Below are positions 1-9,352 of a DNA stretch of 32,000 nt, one piece after another. The stretch's first letter is position 1. Each line of letters starts with the position of its first letter. The stretch is taken from contig NZ_CP064925.1 of the NCBI RefSeq assembly GCF_018336915.1, positions 120,001-152,000 of the forward strand, in the 5' to 3' direction. Under the pieces are notes generated by a model. It was not told the origin of the DNA, did no database searches, and was given only the letters and a program-made list of their open reading frames with translations. The DNA is from Acaryochloris marina S15. Its GTDB lineage: Bacteria; Cyanobacteriota; Cyanobacteriia; Thermosynechococcales; Thermosynechococcaceae. The position numbers and the translations under genes were made by a program.

Positions 1-192
1 CCTTGGATTATCTAATCCAAAGATGGCGTTACAGATGCAGGTAGAGGTCGTCAACATCCAGGTAGTGATCTTATGGGGATCGGCTGTCTGATCTCGTGCC
101 ATCTCTAAGAGAAGATCAACCATATTTCTTCTGAAAGGGATATCCAGGCGAGCTTCTACATTATTCCAGGTAGCTAAGATATTAGTGGCCAT
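1..192 (-). CDS. hypothetical protein, family X paralog (5' part only; gene runs off the left edge)
   Basis: ATG at 192. Translation MATNILATWNNVEARLDIPFRRNMVDLLLEMARDQTADPHKITTWMLTTSTCICNAIFGLDNP aligns at roughly 60-65% identity by eye with the N-termini of 9651..10145 and 1888..2358. Confidence 0.6.
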   Translation of the reverse strand, partial: MATNILATWNNVEARLDIPFRRNMVDLLLEMARDQTADPHKITTWMLTTSTCICNAIFGLDNPR

Positions 193-207
193 TGGAAATT
201 GAGATTG

Positions 208-321
208 TCAGTTTCTATATATTTGGATACCCAAACTAGCCCAAAAACCTTCTAGGATTTTACTCAACAAGGCAACCGAATCAGCAGTTCCTCCACAGCC
301 CCTTGCCATGATTCCAGGCAT
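208..321 (-). CDS. candidate 37-aa micro-ORF 15 nt upstream of the family X gene
   Basis: MPGIMARGCGGTADSVALLSKILEGFWASLGIQIYRN. The last 29 codons align gap-free with 10161..10295 and end at the same stop position. It is below the ORF-track length cutoff. Confidence 0.3.
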   Translation of the reverse strand: MPGIMARGCGGTADSVALLSKILEGFWASLGIQIYRN

Positions 322-680
322 CTAAATCTTGCCAAATCCCTTTGAGTCCAGACTCAGCCTGAATTACCTCAATCGCCTGTTAAGCTTGAGCGATTCTCGT
401 TGCTGTGGGAGCTGGCCGCTCTTCTGCCCAAAGCCATGTCTCAGATTGGATAAGGATAATTTACCGTGATTGCAGGGAATAGGCTAAGGGACGCAATGTT
501 TCCAGTCCGAATTGCACGGTCCTTCAAAACATTCACATTTTTGCTGACCATCTAGACCACTAATGCATCTAGACATCTATACCCAGTTCTAGCAAGTTAG
601 GATAAAGCTGAGTGCTACATCTCCAAAAGCCAAATACAGCTTCCTGGGTTGTGTGACGTGGATAAGTTAAGGATGAGAAT

Positions 681-1856
681 ATGGAACTGCTCTCTATTGA
701 AACCACTCCTAGCCCAAATTGCATCAAACTTAACTTGAATGAATTGATTAGCACCAAAGCACTGACATTACAGAACGGTGTAGATTCGACAGCGGCCCCG
801 GTGGTGGCTCAACAGTTGTTAGCCATTGAGTTTGTCCAATCTGTCTTTCTTGTCCAGGATTTCATTACCCTAACTCGCAAGGGGAATTCAGATTGGCAGA
901 CTATTTTGGCGAAGGCTGCTCAGATCATAGGGATCTCGGAGGAAGCTGATTCAACGCTGCTAGCTCAGGTTTCACAGCCCCAAGAATCTGCGGCAATCAA
1001 CAGTCCCTCACATCCCCCTTCAGATTTAGGTCATGTTGAGGCCGCGATTCAGATGTTCCGGGGTATTCCAGTGCAAGTGCGGGTAACTTCTGCCGATGGT
1101 CAGCAAGCACGGGTCGCTCTACCAGAACGATTTAACCAAGCCCTGCAACGGGCGATTGGGACGACTCAAGCAGATTATATTGCAGAGCGTCGTTGGGAAC
1201 CGTATCAATCCCCAGCAGGTCCCGCTGATGAAGTTGCACAACAAGTTGCAGAAGAGATTGCTAGCCTGATTGATATAGAGGAATTAGCTCGTCTGGAGGC
1301 TGTTGCTATTTCCAATGTCTCTACAACAGAATCGTTGAACACAGCCTCAGTACAACAAACCCTCTTGTCTGAGCTGAGTCACTCGAACTGGAAACATCGG
1401 CTCAAGGCTCTCCAACAAATTGAGGTGACCCCAGCGACTTTTCCTGCTGTAGTGTCTGTCCTTAATGATGACCAGAGCACCGTACGTCGTTGGGCAGCAG
1501 CGCTTTTAGGTGCCAGTGGCATGAGTGTTGCGGTGGAGCCTTTAGGTCAGGTCATCCTTGGCGATTCTTCTGCTATGGTGCGTCGGATTGCAGGGGATGC
1601 CTTAAGTGATTTAGGGAATAATACTGCCATGCCAACGATGTGTCAGGCTCTAGCAGATTCCTCAAAGTTGGTTCGTTGGCGAGCGGCCCGGTTTCTGAAT
1701 GAAATGGGAGATCAAACTGCTGTTGATGCTTTACACCATGCGGTTGAAATCGAAGCAGAATTTGATGTGCGTGTGGAGATGATGGCTGCACTGGAGCGGA
1801 TTCAGGGGGGTGGTGAAACGCAATTACCAATGTGGATGCGGATTACGCAAGGATAG
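681..1856 (+). CDS. Nfu_N-domain / HEAT-repeat protein (conserved virulence factor C-like)
   Basis: The N-terminus (SIETTPSPNCIKLNL) resembles the Nfu/NifU N-terminal scaffold domain. The C-terminal half carries HEAT-like repeats (VRRWAAALLGASG, VRRIAGDALSDLG, VRWRAARFLNEMGD). Confidence 0.7.
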   Translation: MELLSIETTPSPNCIKLNLNELISTKALTLQNGVDSTAAPVVAQQLLAIEFVQSVFLVQDFITLTRKGNSDWQTILAKAAQIIGISEEADSTLLAQVSQPQESAAINSPSHPPSDLGHVEAAIQMFRGIPVQVRVTSADGQQARVALPERFNQALQRAIGTTQADYIAERRWEPYQSPAGPADEVAQQVAEEIASLIDIEELARLEAVAISNVSTTESLNTASVQQTLLSELSHSNWKHRLKALQQIEVTPATFPAVVSVLNDDQSTVRRWAAALLGASGMSVAVEPLGQVILGDSSAMVRRIAGDALSDLGNNTAMPTMCQALADSSKLVRWRAARFLNEMGDQTAVDALHHAVEIEAEFDVRVEMMAALERIQGGGETQLPMWMRITQG

Positions 1857-1887
1857 GCTTTGAAGATTACGTGACCAACGCCAATCG

Positions 1888-2358
1888 TCATCTTTGGTAC
1901 CTGTTGGTCTTTCGAGTCGGTTCTTTCCAAATCGATCTAAATCGCTTTAAACCTTTCCTGTTGATATTGATCTCGTCGTCTATCAGCTTAAGTTCATCGT
2001 TGGCAAAGGTTGAACCAGCAGCCCAGAGGACATTTGTGAATTCGTCGTGTTTAAAATTAGAGGGAACGAATTTCACCAGTTCATCATTGGAAAATATTTC
2101 ATAAATTTCCTTCATAGTGTCAGGATACTGAGCCTCTAGTGCCTGGCTGTAAAGCGAGAGCAAGGGCGTGGGATTATCAGTTCCAAAAATGGCATAGCAA
2201 ATACATGTGGAGGTCGTCACCATCCAGGTTGCAATCTTGCGTGGATCAGTGGTGCGATCTCGGGCCATCTCCAAAACGAGATCAACCATGTTTTGTCTGA
2301 AAGGAATATCCAGACGAGTCTCTAGGTTTTTCCAGACGGCTAGGGTATTTGGATCCAT
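1888..2358 (-). CDS. hypothetical protein, family X paralog
   Basis: MDPNTLAVWKNLETRLDIPFRQNMVDLVLEMARDR... is collinear with 9651..10145. The ATG at 2358 matches that paralog's start; the track ORF extends to 2406. Confidence 0.65.
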   Translation of the reverse strand: MDPNTLAVWKNLETRLDIPFRQNMVDLVLEMARDRTTDPRKIATWMVTTSTCICYAIFGTDNPTPLLSLYSQALEAQYPDTMKEIYEIFSNDELVKFVPSNFKHDEFTNVLWAAGSTFANDELKLIDDEININRKGLKRFRSIWKEPTRKTNRYQR

Positions 2359-2693
2359 CGTCAATCCTCTAGAATTGCCATCTGACTCCATTCCAGAATA
2401 GTTCACTGTGGTTGTTGCAGAGGATAAGCTAAGTGATACAGGTTTGCGATATTCAAAATCCTCGGCATCCGATTCTCACACTTTCGTATCAATTTCAGGT
2501 ACGAGTTCCCTCTCAAGCCTTCACCTGGAAACTACCTGGTTTTGGGCTGTTCTGGGGCTGGCTTTGGGGTGTCTAGAGTCTTTGCTGTGGCTAGTTGGGA
2601 TGTCCTGGCTCTGGTGGGGTGGAGGTCACCAAGAGTTGAAGTATGCAAACTAATCAAACCAGCATCAGCACCTAATAGAGATAGTAAGTAGAC

Positions 2694-3047
2694 TCACTCC
2701 CCCCAGTAGGTTAGTTTTTCAATAGGATGGTTCTCTGTGTTACCCACGAAAATATCAGCATCGTTCATAAAAGCTGGATGAGGTGTACCAAGCTCATATA
2801 TCGAATTTTTAGTTGTCACAAATACTCTGCCTGATTTCGTGAGATATCCCTGAATGGGAGAAGATTTCAACTGTTTCCCTGCAGGGTATTTGGGATGATT
2901 ATGAATCTGTCCACGAATGACTACCTGATTTCGGACATCCAGGGGAACCCAAGACTCGATGATCGGTAAGTTTAGGGATGTTGGAACGGATGTATTGAGA
3001 GCGAGTTGAGAGTGCTCGAAATAATAGTCTGTGATGTCATTGGTAAT
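2694..3047 (-). pseudogene. family Y paralog with its start region replaced by an IS630 insertion
   Basis: An open frame of 117 codons (ITNDITDYYFEHSQ...RGQIHNHPKYPAGKQLKSSPIQGYLTKSGRVFVTTKNSIYELGTPHPAF...KLTYWGE*) is collinear with 8996..9352. There is no start codon at the aligned position, and the IS end abuts at 3049. Confidence 0.55.
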
Positions 3048-3048
3048 A

Positions 3049-4185
3049 CCAATTTGTGTTTTGGGATGTAATTTAGATAGGATCTAATCCTATGTTCATT
3101 CCATAAGTATATGAGTCGAGTTAGTACAGTTAAACCGCATCTAACAGTGGATGAGGTGAAAGACAAAATTGCTACGGCTCCGACTGCCCGCTGTCAGCAA
3201 AAATGGATGATTATTTATAACGCTCTGGTAGATCCTCGCCCAGCTATCGAAATAGCCACGCATACTGCTACTAGTCTTCGAACGGTCCATCAGGTGATTT
3301 CCGCTTACAATCGCCTAGGAGCAGCAGCAATTGCTCCTAGGGCTAAACGGAAGAAGAATCCCGGTGCTTATCTGAGTATTGAGGAAGAGATTGAATTTTT
3401 AGAATCGTTTATTGAACGTGCTCAACAAGGTCATTTAACAACGGTTCAAGAGATCCAAACGGCCTTTGAGACTAAAGTGGAGACGTCAGTGGCACCCAGT
3501 ACTATCTATCGTTTGCTAGACCGACACGGATGGCGCAAACTCATGCCTCGTCCGTCCCATCCCAATGGAAACAAAGCGGCACGAGAGGCTTTTAAAAAAC
3601 TTTCGGGGGCTGGTCCAAACCGCTGTAGCAGATCGCTCAGCCGAAGACCAACGTCCCATTGTGATCATGGCAGCAGACGAAGGGCGCTTTGGTCGTCTAG
3701 GGCAAGTAAGAAGAGCTTGGTGTGCTCCTGGAATTCGACCCGAAAGTGGGCAGCAGCTTGTCCGTGAATATCTCTATGGCTATGTTGCTGTTGCTCCTGC
3801 GTTAGGAAAGATGAGTGCTTTAGTCTTACCCTTTTCCAATACTCAGATGATGAACTTATTCCTAGCACAAGTGGCGGATGAATTTTCAGACTATTTTGTG
3901 GTGATGCAGGTCGATGGAGCGTCTTACCACACCGGAAAGAAGCTCGTCATTCCAGACAATATACGCTTGATTGTTCAGCCTCCTCGAAGTCCACAACTCA
4001 ATGCTGTAGAGCATATCTGGGAGGAGGTGAAAGAAAAGCACTTCTACAATCAGGTTTTTGATTCTTTAGATGCGGTATCCGATACCTTGTGCAAGGGACT
4101 CAAAGAACTCATGGATTTACCCGATAGGCTGACTTCTATGACCAATTTTCCTCATATGAGAATTACGATTTAAAACGCAAATTGG
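3049..4185 (+). mobile_element. IS630-family insertion sequence, apparently intact (1137 bp)
   Basis: Imperfect ~27-bp terminal inverted repeats (CCAATTTGTGTTTTGGGATGTAATT at the left end, AATTACGATTTAAAACGCAAATTGG at the right end). TA is present on both flanks (3047-3048 and 4186-4187). The element encodes a two-frame DDE transposase. Confidence 0.9.
3111..4173 (+). CDS. IS630-family transposase, orfA-orfB fusion by -1 frameshift
   Basis: orfA (3111..) carries the HTH part. orfB (to 4173) carries the DDE triad context (DEGRFG, MQVDGASYH, NAVEHIWEEVK). The frames overlap at the slippery run TTTAAAAAAC (A-run 3594-3599); shifting -1 there joins ...AFKK to NFRGLVQ... Confidence 0.85.
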
Positions 4186-4809
4186 TATAAGCATGGTCAA
4201 GTAGGTAGGATGCGAGGTGGAACTTGATAACCAAAACAGCCAATGGCAGGCTCAGTTATATTGAGCCTAATCAGAATTTGAGTTAGAAAACACAGGAGAA
4301 ATACCGAAATTAGTCAAAGCACAAAATACTTGTCCTGAGTGTAATTGCTGATTTATCAACCAGTATCAATGCAATAGTCCTAACTCATACTGACTCCTCC
4401 CTCCCTCCACCCACATTCCCCACAATCCCAGTGACTCCTCGGTGGCGTGGTCTCCCTGATCGGCCTCTCGCAGTTGGGGCATCGGCCCGTGAAAACTGGA
4501 TGCCAGTCCAGCAGATCCATCTTCTGTTCTGTCGTCAGATGATTTGAGGGTGAGGCGATGGGGGTGCTGTTGTAGGGAGAGTTGTTAGGCGTTAAAGATC
4601 CTGTTGTTTACGCTCAAGCTATCCTCACATTCTATTGCTAGCTTTTGGGTTAGGACTGAACGGCATATCCTGGCCCTCCTAAGATGCCCTACTTTAGGGG
4701 GGCTTATTGCTCTAAGTAATGGCAGATTTTTTCAAAAGTGTTGATCACAAAATTTGGGGAGGATGATAATCAGACAAGAACTCTGGAAGACAACTTTTGA
4801 GGGCTGACT

Positions 4810-5061
4810 GTGCTACTTGGGGGGATGATGCTACGCTTCATTCGCAATGTTTTTGTAAGCAATAAATTCAGGCTAGCTTTTGTCGGCCTAGCGTTCACTG
4901 CTGCGACGTTAACCATTACTATAACGAGGCAGATTGGATTGGCAGCAGAGATCCATAAAGACGCTCTTTTGGAAGCTGGTGAATTGTTCGGAATTCTGGG
5001 GCTAATAACGCTATCCAGTTGCCTTGTTGGCTTACTTCTTAGTGGGAATCTAAAGGATTAA
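4810..5061 (+). CDS. small hydrophobic hypothetical protein
   Basis: An 83-codon ORF with a non-ATG start and two predicted hydrophobic helices. There is no other support. Confidence 0.3.
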   Translation: MLLGGMMLRFIRNVFVSNKFRLAFVGLAFTAATLTITITRQIGLAAEIHKDALLEAGELFGILGLITLSSCLVGLLLSGNLKD

Positions 5062-5208
5062 GTTGCGATATCGAGCGAGCCAAAAATGGCGAAGGGGCAT
5101 CGCTAGAAAGACTGGCAGCTCTGCGAAGATACTAGCCAGTTGATTTTTACGTGAATTCAATCACTCTATCAGCCTTTAATTTTTTCTCCTCTCCGCTTTC
5201 GTTCACCA

Positions 5209-5559
5209 TCATGTTATTAGATGAATATTGGGCATCATGTGTTCTGGTATGTAGATTCTGGGTGGCTTGGTTGGCGCTTGCCAGGTCAAATCAAAAATAA
5301 TGCTAATTAATACGCCATTAACCAGTGTGGAAAATAGCAACAGCCCCATTGTCATCTTGAATTTATACTCTGCTTGGATGCAACGATGATAAAGCTGCTC
5401 CGCCGTTTTGACCGCCTCTCTGTATAAGAGGTGCTTTTCCAGTAGTGTGCGGCTAGCTTGAGTGAGTTTTTGTTGCAGATGGGCGATGGTTGCTTGATCC
5501 TGGTCTGTCGCCTGTTTCCACTGGCTATTCCTGCTGATGCTAGAAAGATGCTCTGTCAT
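5209..5559 (-). CDS. hypothetical single-pass membrane protein downstream of the sigma factor
   Basis: ATG at 5559 (MTEHLSSISRNSQWKQ...). It has a coiled N-terminal half and a hydrophobic segment (MTMGLLLFSTLVNGVLISIIF). It lies 87 nt downstream of the sigma gene on the same strand. Confidence 0.5.
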   Translation of the reverse strand: MTEHLSSISRNSQWKQATDQDQATIAHLQQKLTQASRTLLEKHLLYREAVKTAEQLYHRCIQAEYKFKMTMGLLLFSTLVNGVLISIIFDLTWQAPTKPPRIYIPEHMMPNIHLIT

Positions 5560-5646
5560 GGGTGCGCCTTCCAAGATGTGTTTTAGCGTTTGGGATAAGA
5601 TAGCACTTCAGACAATATTGTGATGTTGCCCCAAGTACTGCTCTAT

Positions 5647-6456
5647 TCAAGCTGTTCTAGCCTTTCTCTCTAGTTTTTTCATGGCTTTGTTGATGATTTG
5701 TCGAACCCGTTCCCGGCTGACGCCAAGCTGTTGACCAATCTCATTCATTGTCTTGGGTTCGCCATCTTCTAATCCATACCGTTGGCTGACAATAAACTGC
5801 TCGCGTTCATCTAGATGCACCATTAATCGAGAGAGTTCATCATTCATCTGTAGTGACTCTATGTAGGGTGCTGGACCATTTTTTTCTTGGATTAAGTCAA
5901 TGAGTGAATCTTTTTGTTGTTCCCCCACGAGCTTATCGAGAGACGCTACTTTTTGGAACAGTTGTAGCGTTTGCCTTATCACCTCTGGCTTGAGGTCCAT
6001 CGTCTTTGATAATTCAGCAAGTGTAGGTTCACGTCCGAGCTGTTGGGTTAGTTTCTGGTGGTGTTTTCTAATCTTGTTGGCAACATTCCAGTGATGGTCA
6101 GGTAAGTAGATGGGGCGAGATTTAAGTTTGATCGCGCGGGTAACCCCTTGCAAAATCCACCAATAAGCATAGGTACTGAAGCGACAGCCCTGAGCCAGGT
6201 CAAATTTTTCTACTGCTCTACTCAATCCAATGCTGCCTTCCTGGATCAAGTCCATCAGGGGTAAACCTCGATTCTGATGTTTTTTGGCAATAGAGACAAC
6301 TAAGCGTAGGTTGCACTCGATCATCCTTTGCTTAGCTCGGAGGCTTCCCACTTTAGCTTGTCTGGCAAGCTCAATTTCTTCTTCATGGGATAAGAGGGGA
6401 TAACGGCCCATTTCCTGGAGGTATAAATGAAGACTGTCATTGTTTGTAGCCATCAT
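5647..6456 (-). CDS. RNA polymerase sigma-70 family factor (short, group-3-like)
   Basis: Region 2 ([35 protein letters not shown]), region 3, and a region 4 HTH ([26 protein letters not shown]). I take the first ATG at 6456; the track starts at a TTG at 6468. Confidence 0.9.
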   Translation of the reverse strand: MMATNNDSLHLYLQEMGRYPLLSHEEEIELARQAKVGSLRAKQRMIECNLRLVVSIAKKHQNRGLPLMDLIQEGSIGLSRAVEKFDLAQGCRFSTYAYWWILQGVTRAIKLKSRPIYLPDHHWNVANKIRKHHQKLTQQLGREPTLAELSKTMDLKPEVIRQTLQLFQKVASLDKLVGEQQKDSLIDLIQEKNGPAPYIESLQMNDELSRLMVHLDEREQFIVSQRYGLEDGEPKTMNEIGQQLGVSRERVRQIINKAMKKLERKARTA

Positions 6457-6676
6457 TGAACCTTGCAAACATCATGGGTAGAGGAATACACCGAAATGCT
6501 GACAAGGGGGCCAGAATTTTTTATTTCTTAAGAAAATTGAAGAATGATTGACAAGTTTCTCAGAGTTCGGGAGTATTGCTGGAAATAGTTCAGTAGTCTC
6601 ACTCAGGCTATTCTGCTACTCATTTCAGACTATAGAAACATCCAATAGCCCAATTCTCAATTGTTTCCTTTGATCG

Positions 6677-6886
6677 ATGAGTTCTCCATCCCAACAACAG
6701 TTTATTCAGTACCTGCAAACTGAGCTAGAGATTTCAGAAGAAGCGATTGACTTGGCCTTGCGTCGCCAGGAGCCATCACGAGGTCCGTTGCATATACTCT
6801 TATGGCAACATGGCCTGATCGACCTTGACCAACTCGGCAAAGCTTTCGAGTGGCGAGTGAATGAATCTGTCGCGACTGCACTATAG
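6677..6886 (+). CDS. DUF2949-like small cyanobacterial protein
   Basis: FIQYLQTELEISEEAIDLALRRQE...PLHILLWQHGLIDLDQLGKAFEW matches my recollection of the DUF2949 pattern. It is divergent from the sigma gene. Confidence 0.55.
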   Translation: MSSPSQQQFIQYLQTELEISEEAIDLALRRQEPSRGPLHILLWQHGLIDLDQLGKAFEWRVNESVATAL

Positions 6887-6976
6887 TCCCAATAAAAAAG
6901 CTGATGGGTTCAAAAGATTACCCGCCAGCTTGGTTGATAGGATCAGAGTGATTGATTAGACATAGTTTTTAGTTTA

Positions 6977-7252
6977 TCAGGGTTTCACTTTCTCCTTAAA
7001 AAGCTTGCCAGCACTGAAAGCAGGTGCTTTGGAAGCGGGGATAGTCATTTTCTCACCCGTCTTAGGATTACGCCCTTCCCTGGCCTTACGGTCCCTGGCT
7101 TCAAAGCTGCCGAAGCCAACGAGAGTAACTTTGTCACCGGAGCTAACAGCATCCATGATTGTCTCTATTGCAGCCGAAAGAGTTGTATCAGCCTGCTTCT
7201 TGGTGACACCAGTACTCTCAGCAATTGCGTCAACTAATTCGCCCTTATTCAT
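6977..7252 (-). CDS. hup: HU-family nucleoid-associated DNA-binding protein
   Basis: MNKGELVDAIAE...VTLVGFGSFEARDRKAREGRNPKTGEKMTIPASKAPAFSAGKLFKEKV is the canonical HU/IHF signature. Confidence 0.95.
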   Translation of the reverse strand: MNKGELVDAIAESTGVTKKQADTTLSAAIETIMDAVSSGDKVTLVGFGSFEARDRKAREGRNPKTGEKMTIPASKAPAFSAGKLFKEKVKP

Positions 7253-7506
7253 ATAAATCTATTGAAACGCTGTTGAGCATTGTAACTCAGGGTTTTAGGA
7301 GGAAATGATGAATCGTTTGAATCTTATTCCGAATTGGGAATGCTAGAAAAGTCATGCGAACTCTGTGAGCGTAGTTTACGGAGTGTATGGCTCCCTAGTC
7401 GTTTTCTAATTCTTTTTGAATTGGAGAACGACGCACCAAGATTCATCTGTGATTAATATAGAAGAAGATAACCATTTTTCTGGTTGTCTCGCTTACTCTT
7501 GCAACT

Positions 7507-7536
7507 CCCAGCCCAATGTTCGGCTGGGCTTTTCAT
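7507..7536 (+). terminator. intrinsic terminator-like hairpin
   Basis: CCCAGCC-caatgttc-GGCTGGG followed by CTTTTCAT. The U-tract is only on the plus strand. It sits 62 nt past the minus-strand cyAbrB stop, so strand assignment is ambiguous. Confidence 0.45.
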
Positions 7537-7597
7537 GGCTATCTGAAAACTCCCTAGTACAAGGCAAGGGCGTTTGTTGCATCAGCACTTCAATGGA

Positions 7598-7975
7598 CTA
7601 AGCAACCTTGGTCAAATGAATGTGCTTGCGACCTACAGAGATTTCAAATTCGTCTCCTGGGTTGAGATCCATCTCTTTGGTGTAGGCTTTACCCACTAGT
7701 AAGTTGCCATTGGATTGCACACTAATCTTATAAGCTGCTTGTCGTCCTGCCATTCCCTTGCCGTTAGGGGATTGACTATCTAAATCAATACCTTCTGCGT
7801 CTAAAAGGGCATTGAGGAATGCGATAGTTTTAATTCGTTCAGAGCCATCTTTATCGGTAGCAACATATCCGCAAGCCTTAGCTTTTTCCTCACGAGTGAA
7901 ATCACTCAGTTGTTTGACTTTAGCTACTAAATCTTTTCCTGTTAAGGGTTTAGTCTGTTTCTTTTTTCTAGGCAT
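7598..7975 (-). CDS. cyanobacterial AbrB-like transcriptional regulator (cyAbrB)
   Basis: MPRKKK...KACGYVATDKDGSERIKTIAFLNALLDAEG...GNLLVGKAYTKEMDLNPGDEFEISVGRKHIHL has the C-terminal AbrB/SpoVT domain architecture typical of the CalA/CalB family. Confidence 0.85.
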   Translation of the reverse strand: MPRKKKQTKPLTGKDLVAKVKQLSDFTREEKAKACGYVATDKDGSERIKTIAFLNALLDAEGIDLDSQSPNGKGMAGRQAAYKISVQSNGNLLVGKAYTKEMDLNPGDEFEISVGRKHIHLTKVA

Positions 7976-8150
7976 GAGCTAAAAAATCTCTCTAGCAGTA
8001 TCAAGTATCACTATTAACTACTAGATAATTACATATTTTTTGTGGTTAGCGGAAAACCGACCATATTCGTGAATGCAAAGTAGGTTGTCGAGTTTTTATA
8101 TCAGAAGGAGCTATCGAAATAAGATAAGCGAAACTGTTAGTAATTTAGCT

Positions 8151-8393
8151 CTAAACCTTCGATAATTCCTTGATTTTGACTGTAGACCGTGAGGTTGGCT
8201 TTTGGGAAGGGTCATGCCGATAAAAGTCTAAATCAAGGGCCGAGCCAATGGCCTGCCCGTTTGCAGATATCTCATACCACTTGTTAGTAAAAATATGCTG
8301 AACAAAGGTTGCATGAGACATCCCACACCGAGATATCCCTTCTGGCTTGTCTTTCAGAGGAATAGCTTTGATCGGACCTTGAGTGCTGGGCAT
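8151..8393 (-). CDS. hypothetical protein
   Basis: An 80-codon ORF with GGGGAG 9 nt upstream of the ATG, lying 72 nt downstream of the PadR gene on the same strand. Confidence 0.35.
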   Translation of the reverse strand: MPSTQGPIKAIPLKDKPEGISRCGMSHATFVQHIFTNKWYEISANGQAIGSALDLDFYRHDPSQKPTSRSTVKIKELSKV

Positions 8394-8464
8394 CTTGGAT
8401 AGCTCCCCAGTTCTACATCTGGGTATATGCTAACAATCCTGTTTAAGAATATCTCAGAGAAGTT

Positions 8465-8836
8465 CTACCTGGGTTTGGCTATGGCTGACTTGTCATCTGC
8501 CCCCAAATACTGATGCCATAATTGAGCCAAACGTTTGGCTTCATCTAGTTTTTCTGGTCGAATTGAAAGCATTCGCCTTGGTCTACCTCTGCCAGGTGTC
8601 TTGTTCCAATAGGACTGAATCATTCCTTCATCCACCAGAAATTTGAGAGCAGCGTATAGGACGGTATCTGACATGTGATAAGGCGGATGTTCAGTATTGA
8701 GGTGATGCATTAAGGCTGAACCGTAGGAGTCGCCATTGTCAGCCAGAATGGACAGAATGTAGCAGACCGCTACTTCCTTCCTCAGATAAATAGAGGGAGG
8801 ACTTTGAAAATAATGATAGATATCCTGAAAATTCAT
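8465..8836 (-). CDS. PadR-family winged-helix transcriptional regulator
   Basis: YILSILADNGDSYGSALMHHL...SDTVLYAALKFLVDEGMIQSYW...GRGRPRRMLSI fits the PadR pattern. Confidence 0.75.
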   Translation of the reverse strand: MNFQDIYHYFQSPPSIYLRKEVAVCYILSILADNGDSYGSALMHHLNTEHPPYHMSDTVLYAALKFLVDEGMIQSYWNKTPGRGRPRRMLSIRPEKLDEAKRLAQLWHQYLGADDKSAIAKPR

Positions 8837-8995
8837 TTTAATCCCCCTTGAGTGTAAAGACTTAAAAGATTCAGTAATGTAAGCCCTAAATGATCTGGAA
8901 TATCAGTAGACCAAAATTTCAAGCTCAGGGTATCCATCTGTGAAACGGGTGACACCCGGCTCTCCCTTAGATAGCATTCGAGAGTATAGATACAG

Positions 8996-9352
8996 TTACT
9001 CTCCCCAATAAGTGAGTTTCTCCCATTGCTGAGTCCCCATGTTGTCAACTAACTGTTGTGCATCCCCCGTGAAGTCTGGATGGGGCATACCAAGTTCATA
9101 CATCGAATTTTTGGTAGTCACATAAACCCGACCATCCTTGGCGAGATAATCTTGAATGGGTGAAGTCTTTAACTTTTTTCCTGTTGGGTGTTTGGGGTGA
9201 TTGTGGATTTGCCCGTGAATTACAATCTTTTTCCCGGTATCAACACAAATCCAAGACTCAATAGTGGCTGTGCAAAGTGAATGTGACTGAGGTGTCGCCA
9301 ATATAGACTGGGAGTTTTGCAAATAGTAATCAACAATGTCATCAGCTTTCAT
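8996..9352 (-). CDS. hypothetical protein, family Y (118 aa)
   Basis: An intact ORF, MKADDIVDYYLQ...HGQIHNHPKHPTGKKLKTSPIQDYLAKDGRVYVTTKNSMYELGMPHPDF...KLTYWGE. Its paralog lies at 2694..3047. Confidence 0.6.
   Translation of the reverse strand: MKADDIVDYYLQNSQSILATPQSHSLCTATIESWICVDTGKKIVIHGQIHNHPKHPTGKKLKTSPIQDYLAKDGRVYVTTKNSMYELGMPHPDFTGDAQQLVDNMGTQQWEKLTYWGE

Noticed and set aside
2408-2653. An 81-aa GTG-start ORF between the X and Y paralogs.
   Set aside because: It is a Ser/Trp/Leu-rich low-complexity translation with no RBS, and the other module copies have no counterpart.
4381-4600. A possible third, degenerate copy of element R.
   Set aside because: Only scattered short matches occur (CACATTCCCCA, GTGAA..TGCCAG, a G/T-rich tail). 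That is too weak to distinguish from chance by eye.
7005-7256. An 83-aa plus-strand ORF.
   Set aside because: It is exactly antisense to the unmistakable HU gene, a typical shadow ORF. The same reasoning applies to these antisense or alternate-frame ORFs inside well-supported genes:
- 569..757, 1573..1830, 1832..2104, 2207..2401, 3665..3868
- 5900..6094, 9658..9876, 9681..9866, 10806..10994, 12035..12235
- 15688..15921, 18955..19152, 19157..19396, 19628..19849, 19719..19904, 20684..20887
- 21312..21916, 22047..22551, 22503..23101, 23113..23724, 23906..24700
- 25017..25758, 25835..26294, 26342..27138, 27090..27290
- 27769..28379, 29582..29911
8833-9048. A 71-aa minus-strand ORF bridging Y and PadR.
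   Set aside because: It overlaps the 3' end of the Y gene in another frame and has no RBS. It is probably spurious.
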